Source of the DNA: an uncultured Nitrospinota bacterium
Lineage (GTDB): Bacteria; Tectomicrobia; Entotheonellia; J063; CAVPRW01
NCBI GenBank assembly: GCA_963707985.1
Contig: CAVPRW010000036.1
Span: 1-62,957, forward strand
DNA: 62,957 nt
Direction: 5' to 3'
The position numbers and the translations under genes are program-made. Shown in pieces: positions 1-12,000 of the stretch (position 1 is its first letter; every line of letters begins with the position of its first letter). A model generated the notes under the pieces. That model saw only the letters and a program-made list of their open reading frames with translations. It ran no database searches and was not told the origin of the DNA.

Positions 1-874
1 TGAACAGGCCGTTCAGCGTATTCTCCCCGCCTTCGCCATCCAGGACCACATTGATGTCATGGCGTGCCAGCGCCCCACCTGCCGTGATGGCATGCGACAC
101 ACAATTGCTGCTGCGCCTTGCCGATCTGCAACGTGGCGATGTGGAACGCACTCGTGCTCTCCGACTCCAGCCTACAGTGTTCGACCCTCGCGTTTTGGCC
201 GAAACGCACTCGGTGACCGCGTTAGTGAAATATACATCCTGTCCAAGGCCGATGTAGCTTTCGATCACCGTCGCCTGTGTGTCTTCTCCTTGAACACGAG
301 CAAATTGCGGGGATGCGATACTGTGGCGTCCCCCTGCGGCAGGGAGAGGAAAACGAGGTGGATGGGCACGTCGATGACGCAACCACGCGGCACGTAGACG
401 TAAGCCCCATCCTGCATGAATGCAGTGTTGAGGGCGACAAATGCCTGCTCCTCAAAACTGGCGTAGCGCGCCAGATGCGCCTCGAGTCCAAACGGACGGG
501 TCGCGAGGGCTTGGGCCAAACTGCCCCCTTCCACACCATTGGGCAAGGCGTGTAGGGCTGAGAGCTCCTGGCACCAAGTGGCCATTGACACAGACGAGTT
601 GAGCGGACACGAGACCTGGAATCGTGGCGGCGGCGAGCGCCTCGGCAGCTAGCCCAGGCGCCAGGCGCTTGGCGGGTTGGAACGGGATGCGGGTGATCGG
701 CGCCACGTTCGTATACTTCCATTCCTCATCATGGACGGTGGGGAATCCCAGCTCGGCGAAGCGAGTGATGGCGGCTTTGCGGAGGGGCTGAGTCCAGGCT
801 TGCCCATTCTGGGCGACTTTCCGCTCGAACTGGGCGAAATTCTCCAGATAAACATCTTGTATCGTTTCAGTCAT
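1..874 (-). CDS. sufD: Fe-S cluster assembly protein SufD (runs off window start; frameshifted)
   Basis: ORF 452..874 has FAELGFPTVHDEEWKYT; 265..591 has FVALNTAFMQDGAYVYVP...VSHPRNLLV. Follows sufBC. Split by indels that are probably read errors. Confidence 0.9.
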
Positions 875-891
875 GGCGCAAATCTTCCCTT

Positions 892-1650
892 CTAGGAGCT
901 GACTGGCTGACCGCCCTGCACCTGCTCCTCTATCCAGCCATAACCCTTCTGTTCAAGCTCTAGCGCAATTGTTTGTCGCCGGACTTGACGATGCGGCCGT
1001 GAACGAGCACGTGCACGAAATCGGGAACGATGTAATTCAACAGCCGCTGGTAGTGGGTGACGACGATGATGGCGTGCTCCGGGCCGCGCAGGACGTTGAC
1101 GCCGCCAGCGACGAGTCGGAGGGCGTCGATGTCGAGGCCGGAGTCGGTTTCGTCCAGAATCGCGAGACTTGGGGTCAGATACCGCCATCTGGAAGATTTC
1201 ATTGCGCTTCTTTTCGCCGCCGGAAAAGCCCACGTTGACGGGCGATTGAGGAAGGCGGGTCCATTTCCACCAGGCCCATTTTGTCTCTTACACGGTCAGG
1301 GAATCCATGGCGTCGAGCTCGTCAGCCGCGATGCTTGCGGATGGCGTTGACGGCGGCGCGGAGAAAGTATGTCGTGTTCACGCCAGGGATCTCGACGGGG
1401 TACGAAAGTCAGGAAGATTCCTTCGTGGGCGCGCTCTTCCGGCGCCATCTCCAGCAGGTTTTTCCCCTCGTACAGTACTCGGCCGGCGGTGAGTCGTTCT
1501 TCGCGGCCGGCCAAGACCTGCGCCAGCGTGCTTTTGCCCGAGCCGTTCGGCTCGATGATGGCGTGGACTTCGCCGGCGTTCCGGTGAGGTCGATTCCGTT
1601 CAGGATCTCTTGTCCCCCGTCCTGGCGTGAAGATTCCGAATTTCAGTATG
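892..1650 (-). CDS. sufC: Fe-S cluster assembly ABC ATPase SufC (multiple frameshifts)
   Basis: Fragments [48 protein letters not shown] and [16 protein letters not shown] lie in different frames. Start is approximate. Confidence 0.9.
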
Positions 1651-1665
1651 GTAGTCCTTTCGGTT

Positions 1666-3105
1666 TTACCCGACGCTTCCTTCGAGACTCACACTGAGGA
1701 GCTTCTGCGCTTCCACCGCGAGCTCCATCGGAAGCTCTCGGAATACCTGCTTGCAGAAGCCACTGACGATCATTGAACCGCATCCTCGGCGGAAATGCCA
1801 CGCTGCTTGCAGTAGAAGATTGATCGTCGCTGATCTTCGAGGTGGAGGCTTCGTGTTCGACCGTCGCGGAGGTGTTGTTCACTTCCAGGTAGGGGAAGGT
1901 GTGCGCGCCGCATTTGTCCCCCATCAGCAGGGAGTCGCACTGCGAGTAATTACGCGCCCCGGTAGCCCCTTTCAAGATTTTCACCAGGCCACGATAGCTA
2001 TTTTGGCCGTGGCCGGCGGAAATACCCTTCGACACGATGGTACTCTTCGTGTTCTTGCCGATGTGAATCATCTTGGTGCCGGTGTCGGCCTGCTGGTAGT
2101 TGTTGGTGAGCGCCACCGAATAGAACTCACCGATCGAGTTATCCCCCTGCAGGATGCAGCTCGGGTATTTCCAGGTGATCGCTGAGCCGGTCTCCACCTG
2201 AGTCCACGAAATCTTGGAATTCTTCCCCAGGCATTTGCCACGCTTGGTGACAGTTGTAGATGCCACCCTTGCCCTCTTTATCACCTGGATACCAATTCTG
2301 CACGGTGGAGTATTTGATCTGGGCGTTATCCAGCGCCACCAGCTCCACCATCGCTGCAGCCGGTCCTCATCCCGCATTGGGGCTGTGCAACCTTCGAGAT
2401 AACTGACGTAGCTCCCCTCCTCGGCGATGATCAGCGTGCGCTCGAACTGGCCGGTATTTTTCGCATTCGACGCGGAGTAGGTCGATAACTCCATCGGGCA
2501 GCGCACGCCCTTCGGCACATAACAGAAGGAACCGTCGCTGAAGACTGCCGCGTTCAGTGCCGCAAAGAAGTTATCGCTGTACGGTACCACCGATCCTAGG
2601 TATTTCTGTACCAGCTCCGGATGCTCCTGGACCGCCTCAGAGAAGGAGCAGAAGATAATGCCTAATTCCGCCAATTTATCCTTGAAGGTTGTAGCCACCG
2701 ATACGCTGTCAAACACCGCATCCACCGCTACCCCGGCCAATAGCTTTTGCTCTGACAACGGGATGCCGAGCTTTTCATAGGTCTCAAGCAATTTCGGATT
2801 GACCTCTTCCAGACTCTTCGGCCCATCTTTTGTTTTCGGCGCTGAGAAGTACACCATATTCTGATAGTCAATGGGGGTAATGTATGTTCGCCCACTTCGG
2901 CTCGGCCTCTGACTTCTCCAGCTTCTCCCAGTATCGATAGGCCTTCAGCCGCCATTCGACGATCCAGTCAGGCTCGTTCTCTAGCCGAGATGAGGCGGAT
3001 GATATCCTCGTTGAGACCGGGCGGGATCGCCTCCTGCTCAATATCCGTCACAAAGCCCCATTTATAGTCCTGGCTTGTAAGTAAATCCAACGCTTGGCTG
3101 CTCAT
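1666..3105 (-). CDS. sufB: Fe-S cluster assembly protein SufB (multiple frameshifts)
   Basis: ATG at 3105 after GAGGAG, reading [23 protein letters not shown]; also [35 protein letters not shown]; ends SLEGSVG-TAA at 1666. Confidence 0.93.
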
Positions 3106-3225
3106 CACATTCTCCTCAGGTCGTTTGGCTATGCGGGGATTCCGACGTTCAGAGGAGTGACCGGCGCATCGATTGTCCTCGCAATCCCCACTTGCAGATC
3201 ACAGGCCCGCAAGCGACTTATGTGT

Positions 3226-3253
3226 AATGTACTAAACTGTACAGAAAAGTCAA
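3226..3253 (-). promoter_or_regulatory. Putative sigma70-type promoter of the suf operon
   Basis: Minus strand TTGACT-16 nt-TACATT about 120 bp upstream of sufB; the spacer contains the palindrome CTGTACAG. Confidence 0.45.
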
Positions 3254-4148
3254 GATTAGTTGCGTCGGTTTTCGGGAAAGTTCCGCATCGTCGTGCGGGA
3301 TTTATCTGCAGGGAGGACTCCCCCGAGCAGAATTCGGACGCTTGTACGGACGCCGCGGATGGCTCTGGCGCTGTCTGCAGACACTATCCCAAGTGCATTT
3401 TGGTGTTGTTTCACGCCCAGGTCAGATTCGATCCGCGACCGTGATTTTCGTTGACACGATTTCGCAGACTTCATTATGCTACGCCCACTTACACGATTTC
3501 CGTGCTGCGCATGTTGTGACGGCTGAAAGGAGCCCCCCCATATGCGCACCATTACCCCTCATCCCTACACCCCCTGGTATTGCTTGTTGTCCTTCGTCAT
3601 GTGCGCCAGACACGATTCTTGGCGAGACCTCAACTCCTCACCCGCCTCTAGTCCCCTCCTGATGGAGGGGTTGTTTCTCTCACCGCGACGTGTAGACTTT
3701 TACCGGCCACGCGTCAACGATCGCGACCCTACGGGTTAGCCTTGGCAGGATGCGCCATCACCGTACGCTAGGGATTAGATTCAGGGTTCCTCGGCGATCT
3801 TTCTGATCGTCTGCATGTCGATAGCCCTCGGCCCCTCGCCCACCGTTCGCGCTCTCGGTGGCCAGTTTCGACAACCAGACCCCGAAGTCCTCGTCGTGAC
3901 CCACCATGCCGAATCGTGGCCCGAGAGGATTGCTGCCGTCGTCGAAAGCCGGAAGGCCAGGTGCGGAGGTGCCTTTCCGCAGGGCGAAGGACCATAGGGC
4001 CGGCACGGGAAGTATAGGACAGGAGGGGGGATGGTGCCGGTGGCCGCGCCGGATCGCGGTCTTCACCGGTCTGGCATCCTCATGAGCCGCCGACGAGATG
4101 CTGACGAAGAGGTGGGTAAGGTCTTATGCGCAGCGCAGGGGGTGATCT

Positions 4149-5690
4149 ATGCTTCGGCACCTGATCGTATCGTTCATCATCGGCATGGCGCTCACGCTCG
4201 TCCTCGGGGATGCCACTGCCGCCAGTAAACCAGAGGGACAGCTGGTCATCGCCTTTGACACCTCGATTGCGCCGACGTATCTCGATCCTGCCGACGTACC
4301 CGGCACCGCCACGCCGTTTACGTTTCTGTATGCATTGCATGACGCGCTGGTCAAACCCCTGCCTGGAAATGATATGGCCCCCAGTCTGGCCGAGTCATGG
4401 CGTGAGAGCGATGACGGATTGACCTACGAATTCAAGCTGCGCGAGGGTCTGACCTTCCACAACGGCGATCCCTTCACGGCGGACGATGTCGAAATTCAGT
4501 TTCTTACGCTATAAGGGAACCTCGGCCAAGTTGCTGCATGAGCGGGTGCAGGCCGTTGAGGTCGTTGATCCCTATCGGGTGCGCTTCGTCCTGCAGGCAC
4601 CGTGGCCCGACTTTATGGCCTTTTACGGCACGATCGCCACGGGCGCCGCCTGGATTGTGCCCAAGAAATACATCGAGCAGATTGGCGACGACGCTTTCAA
4701 GCAAAAGCCGGTCGGGCTTGGGCCGTATCGTTTCGTCCGCATGGACCCGGGGGTAGAGCTCGTGCTCGAGGCTCAAGAGCATTACTGGCGGCAGACACCT
4801 TCGATCAACCGCCTCATCTTCAAGGGGATCCCAGAGCGTACCACGCGCCTGGCCATGCTCAAGAATGGGGAGGCAGACATCGCCTACCTCATGATTGGCG
4901 ATGAAGCCAGTGCCATCAAGGCAGACCCCAAATTACGCCTGGCGCAGGTCATCCCGGCCGCCACCTGGTGGCTTGAGTTCCCGGAGCAATGGGACCCCAA
5001 ATCCCCGTGGCACGACCGCCGAGTCCGGCTGGCCGCGGCCTTGGCGCTCGATAAGCAGGCGATCAATGAGGTCGAGCGTCTGGGCTTTTCGCGGCTGACG
5101 GGATCGATGATCCCCAGCACCTTGGAATTCTCCCTACCGCTCGAGCCGTATCGCCTATAATCCTGCCCAGGCCAAGCGTCTGTTGGCCGAGGCCGGCTAT
5201 CCCAATGGCTTCGACGCGGGGGATCTGACTACCGCTACCACCGTTCTTTACCATGGGCGAGGCCGGTGAGCAACTATCTGGGTGCCGTGGGCATCCGCAC
5301 CAAGATGCGCACTATGGAGCGTGCCGCGTTCTTCACCGCGGCCGGGAGAAGAAGCTGCAAGGGCTTATCTTGAATGCCTCCGGCGCTTTAGGCAATGCCG
5401 CCACCCGTATCGAGACCTATGTGCTGAGCACGGGAGCCTATGCCTATGGGGGCTATGCGGATATCGATGAGCTCTTCCGCCAGCAGTCGGTTGAGCGCGA
5501 CCGGGGCAAGCGCGAAGCGCTGCTCCATCAGATCCAGCGGCTGATGCACGAGCGGGTCATGCACGTGCCAATCTATGAGCCGGCAACGCTGCATGGCGTG
5601 GGCCCTCGCGTAGAGGAGCCGGGAGTAGGCTTGAACGCCTTGCTCTACTTTACCAGCCCCTATGAGGAGATGCGCCTCAAGAAGCGCTGA
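4149..5690 (+). CDS. ABC transporter substrate-binding protein, family 5 (DppA/OppA-like; frameshifted)
   Basis: Signal peptide; LAESW...GLTYEFKLREGLTFHNGDPFTADDV; PVGLGPYRF; continues across ORFs 4149..4514, 4486..5160 and 5253..5690. Confidence 0.9.
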
Positions 5691-5865
5691 GCAGTGCTGC
5701 CGCTAACACCAGCTAGTCACACGGTCATTAATCACTCCGGGAGATGGTCAATCCCTGTTCGGGCTGGACTGTCGCCTGGCGTGTTCTTGCCAGACAATCG
5801 ACGACTTTCGCCACGATCCGATGTGGGCTCGTGGCGGCATTCATGGGGGTATTGGAGGGCATGGT

Positions 5866-7420
5866 ATGACACAATACATGGCACGGTCGATTTTGATCTG
5901 TCTCATCACTCTGTCGGTTTTCGGCTTTATGTTCATCAATGTGGCTGCAGCCCAGCAACCCAAGCCCGGCGGTACGCTGAAGATCGCCTTCGAGTCCGAT
6001 GTTCCCGGCATGGACCCCCATACTTCGCTGGGCGTGCAGGTGCAGGTGCTGATTCCGAGCCTGTTCAACACGCTGGTCACGATCGATGAAAACCTTGAGG
6101 TCGTCCCCGACCTGGCGAACTCGTGGGAGGTGAAAGATGGCGGGAAGACATACATTTTTCACCTGCATAAGGGCGTCAAGTTCCACGATGGCACCGACTG
6201 CGATGCGGCCGCGGTCAAGTGGAACTTCGACCGCATGCTGAACCCCGAGGAAAAGGTGCTCACCGCCCCACTCTTCACGATGATCGATGCCGTCGAACCC
6301 GTCGATGCCCAGACTCTGAAGATCACCCTGCAGTATCCGACTGAGACGTTTCTAAGGGCCCTGGCCAACTATCGGAAGGGCTTCCCCATCATCTCCCCCA
6401 CCGGCTATAAAACCTGGGGCAAGCAGGACTCACCAGCACACCCCATCGGTACTGGGCCGTTCAAGCTGGCCAAGTGGGAGCAGAACGCACTCATCCTCCT
6501 GGAGCGCCATGGGCAGTATTTCAAACCAGGACTGCCGTATGTGGAGAAGATCGAGTTTCGCATCATGAAGGACGGTGTGACCCGTGCGGCGGCACTGCGG
6601 GCGGGCGAGGTGGACTTTGTGAATCTCGTCCCCATCGAACACGTCGAGCGTCTGAGCAAAGATCCCAAGATGCACGTCCTACGCGGCCCAGAGACGGCCA
6701 CTATCTTCCTTGTGGCCAATAACGGCCGCAAGCCGTTCGACGACGTCAGAGTTCGTCAAGCGACAATCGGTTACGGCATCGATCGTCGCGTCATTGCCAA
6801 ATCGGCCCTGTTAGGGTTGGCGTCGCCACTGGTCAGCTTCGTGCCTCCGGGCACATTGGGTCATAAAGATTTCCTCGAGTCCTTATCCGTACAATCCTGA
6901 TCGCGCAAAAACGTTGCTCAAGGAGGCTGGGTTTGACGGGCGTAACCCTCTGAAGTATACCCTCATAACACACGCCGCCAACCCGGTCCTCCCGACGATT
7001 GCCACGATCATTAAGACGCAATTGGCGCAAAGTGGCGTCGAGGTTAACGTCGAGGTCCTCGACCGCCCGGTGTTCCTGAAGCGCCTGCAGACCCATGACC
7101 ATGACCAGTTGCTGACGATCGGCTCGCACTTCGTGGACCCCTATGCGCGGGCGTACCTGATGGAAACCACAGGAGGCTCCCTCAACACTCCCAACCACAG
7201 TGACACGCACGTGGATGCCTTGATCGACAGACTGCGGCGGTCGGTGGACCGCGAGAGTTTCAAGGTGGGCTACGAATTGCAGGCCTACGATGCCGAGCGC
7301 TTGATCTATCCCAGCGTGACTGGAGATCCCTTCGTGCAAGCCGAGCGGGATTACGTCAAGGGCTATGTCTTCATGCGTGGGCTGAAAGTGAGCTTCGAAT
7401 CCGTATGGCTAGACAAATAG
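5866..7420 (+). CDS. ABC transporter substrate-binding protein, family 5 (frameshift near 6890)
   Basis: PKPGGTLKIA, PDLANSW, GVKFHDGT, PIGTGPFK; C-terminal part in 6914..7420 ends VWLDK. Confidence 0.9.
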
Positions 7421-7643
7421 GGGCGTGGTGCCGAGACAGCAACGGCGTCCAGTTTCGTAGGGGCCATGGGCCATGGCCCCTACTACATTCCGGGACGGGT
7501 GGAATGGAGGAGAGCAGAGGGACTAGATGAGGATGGACATGGATCGCATGAAGGTCCCATACCGGGGCACCTCTTCTGGTCGTCTGAGACAACGTAACTC
7601 TGAGAGCGAGAGCCGCAGTCTGTGGCTGCTTACCCGTGTTCCA

Positions 7644-7967
7644 CTATAAGAAGGGCACGTAGCGCACTTGCCCTTCCCATTCACCTGGAAGACTGCATTC
7701 CGCAAGTAATAAGAGGTCTTCGATCACTTGACCGATGGGTGCCAGTTGACTGACTGCAAATACCCCGGGCATGGGCAAATCGCTGGAGACCCGTGCGTAG
7801 GCGTGTGCCGTCATGGTACTGACATCATGCGTGAGAAGAACGCGACTTTCTTGGGCTACCCATTCCAATACTCTAGGGTCTAATGCTCCAGAAAGACCTA
7901 CATCTTGGGCCCGCACGATATCGTTATCAAAGTCTTCGTCCGCCAGAAAACGTAGCATTCCAATCAT
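7644..7967 (-). CDS. DUF5615 family PIN-like toxin (possible short internal deletion)
   Basis: LRFLADEDF...QDVGLSG..DP.VLEW...RVLLTHD; overlaps the upstream DUF433 gene by 4 nt. Confidence 0.8.
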   Translation of the reverse strand: MIGMLRFLADEDFDNDIVRAQDVGLSGALDPRVLEWVAQESRVLLTHDVSTMTAHAYARVSSDLPMPGVFAVSQLAPIGQVIEDLLLLAECSLPGEWEGQVRYVPFL

Positions 7968-8329
7968 AGCTGAGGCGGACGACGAGCCAGCAAGCGCTCA
8001 CGCACTCCCGCTGACGGAAACCGTCTTTCGTTCTCCCGACGCACGGCCTCCTCCACACGGCGACGCTCTTCCAGATAGGTCTCAACCTCTTCTTGAGACC
8101 ACAGGTAGTATGTAATGATGGCATAAATGTCGGTCAGGCCGAGAGAAGGGTATTTAAGCAGAATCTCTTCGGCAGCACTTCCATTTCTAAAGGCGTTGAT
8201 GATCGTTTCCAGCCGGACGCGCGTTCCCCCTACACGCAGAACACCATCATCGTCCGCCTGAATGGGTGGTGGCTGTGCAACAAATGAGATCGGTAGCTTC
8301 ACGGAGGTCTCCTTCTCAGCGGTCTTCAC
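7964..8329 (-). CDS. DUF433 domain antitoxin
   Basis: DGVLRVGGTRVRLETII..F..G.AAEEI...YPSL.L.DIYA.I.YY; translationally coupled to DUF5615. Confidence 0.85.
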   Translation of the reverse strand: MKTAEKETSVKLPISFVAQPPPIQADDDGVLRVGGTRVRLETIINAFRNGSAAEEILLKYPSLGLTDIYAIITYYLWSQEEVETYLEERRRVEEAVRRENERRFPSAGVRERLLARRPPQL

Positions 8330-8466
8330 AATAGAAGTGGCCGTGGAAAAACCGTCTTAGATTGGGGCGGATCGCTCGACGGTAGGTATGAAGAGCTGCA
8401 CTAAATCAGACCACACAAGATGGGTGCACATGATCTGCAGCGGCAATGCCCCTAGCGCGTTACGTT

Positions 8467-8513
8467 CTCCCTTTAACAAAGGAAGGCAAGGGGGATTTTT
8501 GCGAACGACGGCA
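8467..8513. repeat. Intergenic REP-like hairpin repeat, family A, copy 1
   Basis: CTCCCTTTAACAAAGGAAGGCAAGGGGGATTTTTGCGAACGACGGCA closely matches 17656-17704. Confidence 0.55.
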
Positions 8514-9089
8514 CATAGCGGTGTCCCAATGTCGTGTCGTTCGATTTAGTCCAGCCGCAAATCTTTTTGGGCGTGCTCGATCGTTGTCCCTCACCGGCGC
8601 ACGGTGACCTCTAGAAGCTGGACCGCTTTCTCTAACGTTGAGACGAAGACTGTGAACACCCAATATACCGTTATCCCTCTGTTGAGTGTACTTCTATATA
8701 TTATATTTGGTGGTCTTGGGTTCAGGTTCACAATTGGGAATTCTAGGCGATATTGGCGCTCTTATGCAAGGCTTTCTCACCACCATCACGTGAACTGTTT
8801 CGGTGCTCCATCGGATGAGGATCGCGGAGGCAAAACCGCTAATGGCGGCTTGATCCCTACTCCAACCATGGCATAGCCTGAGCCACACAGAGAATACCTA
8901 ACGAGGCCTGTCATATTTTCTCATCCCTAGACTGTTGAGTGGTGTGCTTCGGTGTTCCAGGAAAGCCTGTGACTTATCAGACCATTATGGCTATTATGGA
9001 GGCAGAAAAAACGTACGGAATCTATGCTTGAAGCGCCTTGATATACTTGAACGGCCATCCGCTAACCGTCAAATACTATCGTTAGCGCC

Positions 9090-12000
9090 ATGAAGTCTCC
9101 TCTGGGGCACTTTTCCATGAATAGCATCTTCTCTGTAAACGGTACTGTCCTCGAACAACTCGACGCCGTATCAGCGACACGAACCTTCCGCAACCTTCTC
9201 TGGTGTGAGGCATTGAGAAGTGGTGTATCGCCTCACAAGGTTGTGATCAGTCTACGGACGAACGTGAGTGATGGGGGAATCGACGCCCGGGTTGACGGCA
9301 CGACGACTGTCGACTCCAGGCTCGTTCGGGGAACGACCCATTTTCAGGTGAAAGCAGGCAACGCCTTCAAACCCTGGCAGCGAAGCCTCCTCAAAAATGA
9401 GCTCTTTGGTAGTCCAAAGGCCGAACCGAGTCGAGAGACACTTGCGCCAGGAATTCGCGAGTGTCTTCAATCACGCGGGCGATATGTACTGGTCACCTTT
9501 GGCCACGACCTCACTCCGGAACAGCACACCGCAGCCCAAGGTGCTCTCACAGATCTTCTCAAAACCTGTGGCTATAAGAAACCGCGAGTCGATGTGCTGG
9601 GACAGGGGCAGCTACTTGGTCTTATCGCACTCTTTCCTTCATTGGCTTTGGAGCTCATGGGGAGAGACGACCTGCCATTTCAGAACTTCGCTAGCTGGGA
9701 AGCACAAGACGACATGACACCGGCGCTGCATCTCGCTCCAGTTCAGTCCGAGGTCATAGCGCACATCAGGAAAACGCTGCAGAGCTCTGACTATCAACAC
9801 ATTCGCGTGACCGGGGAAGCAGGGATTGGCAAGACGCGATTGGTGCTTGAAGCGCTATCCGCGGAAGATCTTGCGCCCATGGTGATCTACAGCCCTCATG
9901 CCGAGGATTTCCAGCGGAGTCGGCTGTTTAATGAGCTGCTTCGCCAAGATTTGTTCTATCACGCCATCGTGGTGATCGATGAATGCGCGGAAAAGGAGCG
10001 GGCACAAATCTGGGGTGCGTTCAAAGGCAGGAGGGATATCAGGATCATCACAATCGATCATGGCCCTGAGGACAGCTGGGACGACCAGATGCTCGTCATT
10101 GACTGTCCAAGACTCCCTGAAGACCAGATCACGGCCATTATCGCTTCTTATCTGCCACAGCACACGAGCGTCTGGCATTGGGCAGAGTCGTGCGGAGGGT
10201 CTCCTCGGGTTGCTCATGCGTTTGGTGAAAATCTTCAGAAAAATCCAGCAGATCTCCTCAAATCACCCGCGACTGTGCCCATGTGGGAGCGTTTTGTGGC
10301 AGGGTATGAGCGGCTCGACAGTCATAATGCCCGAGACGCACTGATCGTCTTACGTCATGCAGCGCTGTATACGCGTTTCGGTTTTGAAGATCCTGTCTCT
10401 GGAGAGGCGCAGTACATCTGCCGGCTCACGCAACAAGTCGACCCCTCCATGACGTGGGCGCACTTCCAGGAAGTTGTCGGGCGCCTGCGTAAGCGAAGAA
10501 TCCTGCAAGGAAAGCAAACCTTGTTGATCGTCCCGCCGGCATTACACATGTACCTGTGGATCGACTACTGGAATAGCTATGGGCGAGGTTTTGAATTCGA
10601 GGCGTTTTTGGATCACATCCCCTCGCCACTGCAACACTGGTTTTTTCAGCAGTTTATCTATGCGCATGCCAGCCCGGTTGCAGGAAACGTTGTCAGAAAG
10701 ATTCTTTCAGCAGAAGGCCCATTTTCACATCACGACTTCCTCGTGTCGAAAGCGGGAACCAGATTCCTGAATTACCTCACAGAAGCTGACCCTGGTGCCA
10801 CGTTGGCTGTGATTGAACAGACCTTCGGCACATGGTCTCAGGAAGAATTAAAGCGCTGGGTAACAGGTCGTCAGGACGTTGTATGGGCGTTGGAGAAAAT
10901 CGCGGTCTGGCGTGAGTACTTTCTTCGGGCTGTACACGTATTGGTCAAATTCGCACTTGCCGAGAACGCGAACAATGGGAACAACTCAACAGGAACCTGG
11001 CTCGGTCTTTTCAAAATCGGCCCCGGTTGGGCGGCTACACAGGCATCACCTGAGGAACGCCTGCCTGTCATTGAGGAGTTGCTCGGCAGCCACGAAAGAC
11101 TGCGAAAAGAGTTGGGCCTGCACCTGTGCATGCATTGGCTGAGCACGTATGGTGGCTCCCGTGTCGTTGGGGTCGAGTATCAGGGGCTCCGTCCAAAGGT
11201 GGAGTTTTGGTGCCCAAAAATACGGGACGAAGTCTTTGATGCATGGCGACTGGTATGGAGACATCTGTTCACGGTGACACGAAGTTGGGATATGGAAGAG
11301 CGTCGGTCAGCCAATCGCACCCTCATAGAGGCTGGAGCGCGCTCGCTTTCATACAGCAGCCTGGGAAACGAGGTTATGGAAACACTGTCTCAACTCACGG
11401 AGGATGCAGCGACAGACAGACGGCACTTTACCCGGGCTGCCATCCGAGCACTGACCTTTCGAGCCGGAAACATGCCAAAGGGGATTCTCGCTAAGCTTCG
11501 CAGGCTCGATCGGAGACTCACCGGGAACTCGTTGGGGGGACAATTTGCGCGATATGTCCTCAATACCACAGAGGACGAGGATTACAACGCGAAGGGTAAC
11601 ACAGTGCAGTTCCGTCGCCAGCCGTCCCTACGGGTTCGGAAGCTTGCAGTGCAGGTAGCCGCAGACGCTGCTCTCTTCTCAGCACACCTTCCAGAGTTTG
11701 TTGTCGGTGATGGCCACCGTCTGCACGAGTTCGGTGCTAACCTCGCAAAAGCTTTCTGTTCGCAGGAGACAGTCGAGGCCGTGATCGCAGCACAGCTTGG
11801 TGCGCGCCCAGAAATGAAAACGCAATTCATCGGCGGGTACTTTTCTGGGCTGAGATCGCGCTTTCCAGACCTGTGGGAGGCCAGTCTATCCCGACTTCTA
11901 TATAACAATGCGAGCCGAGAGGTCGGTGTCGTGGTATTGCTTTGCACAGGCGTTTCAGAGAAAATCATTCGCCTGCTCCTAAATTTATTCGGACAAGGCT

